The notes beneath the pieces were generated by a model that was not told the DNA's origin, did not search any database, and was given only the letters and a program-made list of their open reading frames with translations. This document shows positions 62,142-64,000 of a stretch of 64,000 nucleotides of DNA, piece by piece. This DNA is from Pavona decussata (Eukaryota). Both the position numbers and the translations under genes were made by a program. Numbering within the stretch: the stretch's first letter is position 1; each line of letters begins with the position of its first letter. The stretch is from assembly GCA_977016875.1 (NCBI GenBank), contig CDRNST010000239.1:1674001-1738000 (forward strand), in the 5' to 3' direction.

Positions 62142-63724
62142 TGTTTGAAGATGCGCCGCTATGAATACCTACCACGATATCACAAAATGCGACAAGTATC
62201 ATACCCAACCACAACAACAAATTGTTTCAGCACCTGATGTATGATCACGGTCCGGTCCCGTGTTCTGGCTTGGTGTCATGTTTCGTTGTCGCGTCCATTT
62301 GAAACCGGAAGTATACTTGTTCCTCCAGAAACACAAGTGGAGGTCAAAGTCACAATTTTCTTGGAAAAGAACAAAAGAATTACTTGAAACAAAGGACTCG
62401 TTGAGACAAACATAAATGAATAAAAGTATTGATTGAAATCGGAGGGAAATACAAACCTTGCGGAATCAGTCCAGTTCCATATTCTTCCTCACAAATCCCA
62501 TCAGTAAATGTTACATCATCTACAGCTATATCCCCTACATAGCCTTTGCCAACAGTTGCTGTCAATATGATCTACAACGATAATTAATCAACAAAGTCAG
62601 GGACCAGTAACAATTTATCGGTAACCTTACACGCTCAGCCCAGTGTATTTCAATTGTTGTGAAGCTTATGTTAGGGTGTATTTTCGACTGTAATTTTAGA
62701 ATACAGTTGTCTTTTCCTTTCGGTAGTTTTGACAGATATTTTCCAGATCATTTGGCATTTTCCTGTTGCTCTAAGTTTACAGTTAACAGTTGTGCTGTCG
62801 ACGTGTTTGCCTACTTCCTTTACCCTTGACTGGGGCCTCCTCGATCGTTGAAGTCATGACAAACACTCGATCACTTTATCTTCCTAATTGGTTGCTCTGT
62901 TATCTGTTTTCTAAGAACAGTTTTGTTGTTACTCCCTGCTGGTGTTTGGCAAAAACCAGTTCTTTTCTTTGGTAAGGACCCTCTGGCCTTACAGTCGCCT
63001 AAGTAACACAATGTGCAACGATGTGCAATGTTAGCAGATAATTATGTTTTATCCAACTTCCCCCAGGTGTCGCCGTCGTCATTTCTTCGTGGTTCCTAGG
63101 TTCCTTGAAACAGTAACCATGCCCAACATGGTAATAGTTTTGAAGGAAAGTGGAGGCCTCTTTGCTGTCCCGCGTGGCAGTTTGATCTCAATTCCCGCAC
63201 AGAACAAGAACTTTTAATTTTGTCAAGTCTTGACTAGATGATTGACTCTCCCGAAGCTCACCCTTAGTCTTTATCATGCCTAATGAGTGGGCCCTACGTT
63301 TAAGACCCAACTTTGAATCGAATTCAGAATTTCTGGATAAGTCTACCATCGATATGCGAAATGGTAGAGTGGCCTCACTAGGATCCGCCACTGCAAGTTG
63401 TTATACACCAACCCTCACCCATTCTCAAAATACGAATATTTAGAACTCTGCCCACCTGAAATGCACCGCCACTGTAACCAATATCAATACTAGCTTTTCT
63501 CCATTTGTCCTCCTGCTGCCCTTTCATTCTCCATAGCATGATCGCTTCATTTATCGGTGCTTCAAGCAACAGAAGAGACACATCAAGACTTTCTATATGA
63601 TGTCCAGTCATGTGATAATAGAAACGAAAACACCTAGGACCCTCCATGAGTGGACTCAGTAGCTTTGCAGTATCATTTTCTTTTCTCGGTTGCGAAGACT
63701 CGATGTATATGTATTTTTCACCTT
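1170..63724 (-). CDS. Large multi-exon gene (partial, both ends outside window): MAM/LDLa/multi-lectin/PA14/pentraxin extracellular mosaic protein
   Basis: 35 exons traced by eye, all GT-AG with compatible phases, 6,978 nt in total: 63456-63724, 62457-62571, 62234-62359, 59847-60106, 57371-57461, 55604-55996, 54294-54731, 53239-53880, 52329-52727, 51471-51580, 50448-50736, 49243-49436, 48711-48886, 46495-46667, 45591-45665, 44996-45171, 44306-44378, 43401-43511, 24241-24497, 23581-23689, 21677-21898, 21440-21550, 21263-21352, 20423-20560, 19638-19888, 18829-18928, 16235-16330, 14463-14782, 8059-8167, 6992-7087, 5819-6135, 5343-5451, 4107-4250, 2088-2334, 1170-1321. Confidence 0.85.
2360..3521 (+). 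mobile_element. Non-autonomous Crypton-derived element with terminal hairpin
   Basis: IR ttattaaattctc (2360) / gagaatttaataa (3434), then hairpin 3447-3516; relic [14 protein letters not shown]...[12 protein letters not shown] resembles the DUF3504 N-terminus. Confidence 0.7.
4107..4250 (-). CDS. Exon: MAM-like N-terminal remnant plus basic then Asp-rich linker
   Basis: [23 protein letters not shown]...[12 protein letters not shown]; phase 1-1, gtaaat donor. Confidence 0.72.
5343..7087 (-). CDS. Three exons (6992-7087, 5819-6135, 5343-5451): divergent MAM domain 6 (duplicate copy B)
   Basis: Near-identical to copy A with intact splice sites and reading frame. Confidence 0.82.
8059..16330 (-). 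CDS. Three exons (16235-16330, 14463-14782, 8059-8167): divergent MAM domain 5 (duplicate copy A)
   Basis: [11 protein letters not shown]|...LSSPVI...CFRFSF...|[14 protein letters not shown]; the acceptor of the middle exon could instead be at ~14750. Confidence 0.82.
8788..11960 (-). pseudogene. pol: Gypsy pol (protease-RT-RNase H-integrase), fragmented
   Basis: ORFs 11526-11960, 11049-11489, 10558-11052, 10376-10684, 10198-10509, 9714-10169 and 9185-9844 are colinear; the RT YxDD motif reads IAGD. Confidence 0.93.
12416..13811 (-). mobile_element. 5'-truncated CR1/L2-group LINE inserted into Gypsy gag
   Basis: FIDFRKAFD...[10 protein letters not shown]...YVNDLP...YADDT and the RT C-terminus (ORFs 13410-13841, 12609-13349); gag reads QEIY before the insertion and ...KVLDDYFIP after it (~12240); 3' end falls in the N-gap. 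Confidence 0.92.
14968..15567. mobile_element. MITE (~600 bp) present only in duplicate copy A
   Basis: TIRs tattctcggttttcac / gtgaaaaccaagaata; the empty site is visible at ~6320. Confidence 0.88.
16728..16860. repeat. Compound (TCAA)n/(TAAA)n microsatellite; paralogous copy at 7671-7760
   Basis: Seen directly; the 7468-7670 N-gap falls at the paralogous position. Confidence 0.9.
16962..18777 (-). mobile_element. Crypton-type tyrosine-recombinase DNA transposon (DUF3504/KCTD1-ZMYM-related), degraded
   Basis: ORF pieces 18252-18674, 17948-18307, 17534-17938: YEPSSLR, LHFGL(S)[27 protein letters not shown]; terminal hairpin 16977-17113; IR 17124-17144 / 18757-18777. Confidence 0.88.
18829..20560 (-). 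CDS. Three exons (20423-20560, 19638-19888, 18829-18928): MAM domain 4
   Basis: [10 protein letters not shown]...TGPSYDHT|GSYIFIEAS...ARLLS...[10 protein letters not shown]|GDIAVDDL. Confidence 0.95.
19080..19340 (+). repeat. tRNA-derived (Thr-AGT-like) SINE-type repeat
   Basis: A box tagctcagtggtagag and B box ggttcgactcc at 19206-19278; ctagtaa loop in a bulged anticodon stem; T-run downstream. Confidence 0.7.
21263..21898 (-). CDS. Three exons (21677-21898, 21440-21550, 21263-21352): two LDL-receptor class A repeats, a degenerate third, and a Cys linker
   Basis: [14 protein letters not shown]...[16 protein letters not shown]; C...FACQGGSCL...[10 protein letters not shown]; [11 protein letters not shown]. 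Confidence 0.92.
22411..23105. mobile_element. Nested MITE cluster: two Harbinger-like MITEs (22446-22686, 22682-22922) inside an ATAGGCC-terminated MITE
   Basis: GGCCC(C/G)GTTGTT TIRs with CTG-type flanks; outer TIR ataggccattttacag / ctgtaaaaagggcaat. Confidence 0.75.
23581..24497 (-). CDS. Two exons (24241-24497, 23581-23689): MAM domain 3 core and C-terminus
   Basis: LCLRFSYLM...[16 protein letters not shown]|VIFEG...[14 protein letters not shown]. Confidence 0.9.
26925..28122. mobile_element. TIR DNA element (~100-bp TIRs, TAGTCT...AGACTA) containing a Penelope-like fragment
   Basis: 26925-27024 is inverted at 28022-28122; degenerate 8-9-bp TSD aaagacagg / atagacaga. Confidence 0.85.
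27140..27797. mobile_element. Penelope-like retroelement fragments in inverted orientation
   Basis: Plus strand: [17 protein letters not shown]...EALRLL; minus strand: [10 protein letters not shown]...[10 protein letters not shown]; the same 3' end gtctggcctgtcaacacttta sits at both edges. Confidence 0.75.
29260..30125 (-). pseudogene. Polinton conserved unknown ORF with an acidic linker and a Cys-rich (Zn-binding) C-terminus
   Basis: W...L......IP...I.ELV.......KP.....FL..L...GV...LI.N motif; frameshift at ~29740; stop at 29434; then CKVCPICDH...CIDCG...DEEDKDD*. Confidence 0.7.
30176..30508 (-). CDS. Conserved Polinton/adintovirus small basic ORF with a C-terminal amphipathic helix (putative virion core or membrane-active precursor)
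   Basis: Intact 110 aa; L..L...R..LL..A...YNVL..HIPV...L..HK..L..LA...[27 protein letters not shown] pattern; QxG(S)GF resembles an adenain-type cleavage site. Confidence 0.7.
   Translation of the reverse strand: MIMSRVVTNNRGFLQLLSDCPSKKRQFLLRTATPQQLHALLQVIYNVLTEHIPVSEEVRAILRLHKDALLNLAERNVPYKTKKRILVQEGSGFIQELLTPAISSLGYLML
30509..30820. promoter_or_regulatory. Bidirectional promoter region of the mini-Polinton (contains (GTG)n and an N-gap)
   Basis: Plus strand TATATAAA at 30760 with TCAGT initiator at 30790; minus strand ATAAAAGGGG at 30543 with TCATTC at 30515. Confidence 0.55.
30821..32124 (+). pseudogene. C2H2 zinc finger fused to an A32/FtsK-like DNA-packaging ATPase with a coiled-coil/Pro-rich tail
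   Basis: [22 protein letters not shown]; frameshift at ~30969; [16 protein letters not shown] (Walker A 30997-31020); TAG at 31024; LMVFDDQ (Walker B); [34 protein letters not shown]. Confidence 0.92.
32671..33067 (+). mobile_element. CR1/L2-group LINE 3' fragment inside the right Polinton TIR (mirror copy at 28438-28839)
   Basis: LTPGYL...[29 protein letters not shown]..., then AATAAA and a (TATG)n tail. Confidence 0.85.
33658..35211 (-). pseudogene. RPA70-like multi-OB-fold ssDNA-binding protein with C4 zinc ribbon and Q/S/P-rich N-terminus, carried by the Helentron
   Basis: [13 protein letters not shown]...; [10 protein letters not shown]...[18 protein letters not shown]...YQFTSLSI; CCNCKK...CSYC...LTIFD; frameshift at ~34583 and one stop. 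Confidence 0.78.
34725..35050 (-). repeat. 36-bp coding minisatellite ([12 protein letters not shown])n
   Basis: ggttgaccaccagcgctctgagacgattg(c/t)gggggc repeated about 6-7 times. Confidence 0.92.
35290..35375 (-). promoter_or_regulatory. Putative promoter of the RPA70-like gene
   Basis: Minus-strand CCAAT boxes at 35343, 35352 and 35367; CRE-like tgacgtta at ~35308; TATAAA at 35295-35300, about 85 nt upstream of ATG 35211. Confidence 0.55.
35555..41523 (-). pseudogene. Helentron polyprotein: 2A-like motif, OTU protease, Zn finger, HUH Rep, Pif1-type helicase C-terminus, AP endonuclease
   Basis: [11 protein letters not shown]...HYVST (OTU); CTCCDQLW...CSTC; [15 protein letters not shown]; [28 protein letters not shown]; [12 protein letters not shown]; [21 protein letters not shown]; [21 protein letters not shown]; many frameshifts; the 5' part (40990-41523) is tentative. 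Confidence 0.92.
39450..40826. mobile_element. Non-autonomous hairpin-ended (Crypton-like) element interrupting the Helentron ORF
   Basis: ~190-nt hairpin 39454-39642; IR tttataacat 39642 / atgttataaa 40815. Confidence 0.7.
42278..42460. mobile_element. MITE
   Basis: agtactaaagtgatgacgtcacaaa / tttgtgacgtcgaacttcagtact. Confidence 0.65.
42510..43125. mobile_element. Fold-back TIR element with a nested MITE (42573-42750)
   Basis: Long imperfect arms (gttgacctttg / caaaggtcaac; ttcaataaaa / ttttattgaa); nested ggccatttccgagttgc / gcaactcggaaatggtcc. Confidence 0.72.
43401..43511 (-). CDS. Exon, MAM domain 3 N-terminus
   Basis: [14 protein letters not shown]...W; followed by the 18.9-kb intron 24498-43400. 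Confidence 0.85.
44306..45665 (-). CDS. Three exons (45591-45665, 44996-45171, 44306-44378): Cys-rich, N-glycosylation-rich, possibly Ig-like domain
   Basis: [22 protein letters not shown]|[14 protein letters not shown]...|TSYSFVD; phases compatible. Confidence 0.75.
46495..49436 (-). CDS. Three exons (49243-49436, 48711-48886, 46495-46667): PA14 domain
   Basis: GVLREAW...[20 protein letters not shown]|[20 protein letters not shown]...|[18 protein letters not shown]...DHISLG...PIPGTRLF. Confidence 0.88.
46897..47400. mobile_element. Short hairpin-ended element, same family as 2360-3521, with an internal insertion
   Basis: aacaattattccac...gtggaataattgtt hairpin; IR ttattaaaaac 47225 / gtttttaataa 47389. 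Confidence 0.7.
48050..48432. mobile_element. MITE with (GAC)n-rich TIRs
   Basis: taagcagagacgacgacaacgacgccaacg / cgttgacttcgtcgttgtcgctgctta. Confidence 0.7.
50448..51580 (-). CDS. Two exons (51471-51580, 50448-50736): F-type lectin (fucolectin/FTP, F5/8C fold) domain
   Basis: [15 protein letters not shown]|[28 protein letters not shown]...[12 protein letters not shown]...LVLCEV. Confidence 0.88.
50768..50860. repeat. 36-bp tandem repeat, about 2.6 copies
   Basis: aaaggaaatctagctaaggcattattgaaactaatt. Confidence 0.85.
50911..51431. mobile_element. Near-perfect palindromic MITE (~520 bp) with TTAA flanks
   Basis: ttaa|taggccttatcacggttttcgacgcc ... ggcgtcgaaaaccgtgataaggccta|ttaa; arms pair over about 230 bp. 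Confidence 0.9.
52329..52727 (-). CDS. Exon, C-type lectin domain 2
   Basis: CY...[19 protein letters not shown]...FFGL...WVWIDG...W..GYP...CAVM...C....ILCQ. Confidence 0.92.
53239..53880 (-). CDS. Exon, LamG/concanavalin A-like (pentraxin-like) domain
   Basis: [19 protein letters not shown]...SISIFAWV...WNFVGATYD...LRVGA...[16 protein letters not shown]. Confidence 0.92.
54294..54731 (-). CDS. Exon, C-type lectin domain 1
   Basis: CAPGW...CF...[16 protein letters not shown]...FLGL...WVWSDG...WGPGEPS...C...W...C...YICEK. Confidence 0.93.
55604..55996 (-). CDS. Exon, ~130-aa domain not recognised
   Basis: Open 393-nt phase 1-1 exon, ttgcag acceptor, gtaaga donor, in frame with its neighbours. 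Confidence 0.75.
57371..57461 (-). CDS. Exon, MAM domain 2 C-terminus
   Basis: [27 protein letters not shown]; phase 0 in, phase 1 out. Confidence 0.88.
57990..59400 (-). mobile_element. Degraded RTE-type LINE (endonuclease end, linker, RT)
   Basis: [11 protein letters not shown]; [13 protein letters not shown]...[12 protein letters not shown]; SDH motif at ~59370. Confidence 0.82.
59847..60106 (-). CDS. Exon, MAM domain 2 core
   Basis: [23 protein letters not shown]...[10 protein letters not shown]...GNRWLQGQV. Confidence 0.93.
60369..60418. repeat. (AAC)n microsatellite
   Basis: Seen directly. Confidence 0.95.
60860..61041. mobile_element. Tc1/mariner-type MITE (TA flanks)
   Basis: tacggttgaacc / ggtttcactgta; internal gaggtgtccg repeats. 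Confidence 0.72.
61538..61777. mobile_element. Harbinger-like MITE with CAG TSD, same family as 22682-22922
   Basis: cag|ggctcagttgttc ... gagcaaccgggcc|cag. Confidence 0.8.
62234..62571 (-). CDS. Two exons (62457-62571, 62234-62359): MAM1 C-terminus and MAM2 N-terminus
   Basis: [15 protein letters not shown], then [11 protein letters not shown]...[15 protein letters not shown]; separated by a 97-nt GT-AG intron. Confidence 0.92.
63456..63724 (-). CDS. Exon, MAM domain 1 core
   Basis: [24 protein letters not shown]...[10 protein letters not shown]...WRKASIDI; ttttag acceptor, gtgggc donor. Confidence 0.92.
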
Positions 63725-64000
63725 CTAAAAATAAGAGAATACATAGATGGAATTGGTATGACCATGACCATTGCCATTAGTCTATAGCAAAAATTTGGTC
63801 GTTATTCCAAACTGGGATGGGTTGGGGGGAAGGGGTATTTGGCTGGACCCGGGGAATTGGCCTACGTCCTTACCATCCATACTAAATGGCCCAAAAGATG
63901 CCCCTCGCTAGCTGGGCTCCACTCGGCCCAATTAAAACAATTAACCGTTTCCTGAATAATTCCTCGTTTTCGTCCTTGGCCCGCGTGCACGTTACCACAT

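Overview
Eukaryotic DNA, about 39% GC by eye, with four N-gaps. The repeat families and domain repertoire point to an anthozoan cnidarian, probably a stony coral (inference). One large minus-strand gene crosses the window and both of its ends lie outside it. I traced 35 GT-AG exons with fully compatible phases (6,978 nt, about 2,326 aa, no internal stop). They encode an extracellular mosaic: MAM-MAM-unknown domain-C-type lectin-LamG/ConA-C-type lectin-F-type lectin-PA14-Cys/Ig-like-MAM-LDLa x3-MAM-MAM-MAM-acidic linker-pentraxin. The last two MAMs come from a recent in-frame tandem duplication. The introns hold nested mobile elements. These include a Ty3/Gypsy provirus with a LINE in its gag, a Crypton tyrosine-recombinase element with three hairpin-ended relatives, an RTE-like LINE and many MITEs. 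An 18.9-kb intron contains a ~16.9-kb Helentron (2A-like motif, OTU, Rep, helicase, AP endonuclease, plus an RPA70-like gene). Inside the Helentron is a 5.2-kb mini-Polinton/Maverick with AGTAGT termini, a 6-bp TSD and ~1.2-kb TIRs. It retains only a C2H2-finger-fused packaging ATPase and two small conserved Polinton ORFs. The best candidates for new biology are this copy-back or satellite-like mini-Polinton, the shared hairpin-plus-IR Crypton termini with a GCGNAGC apex, and the 2A-like motif in a Helentron.
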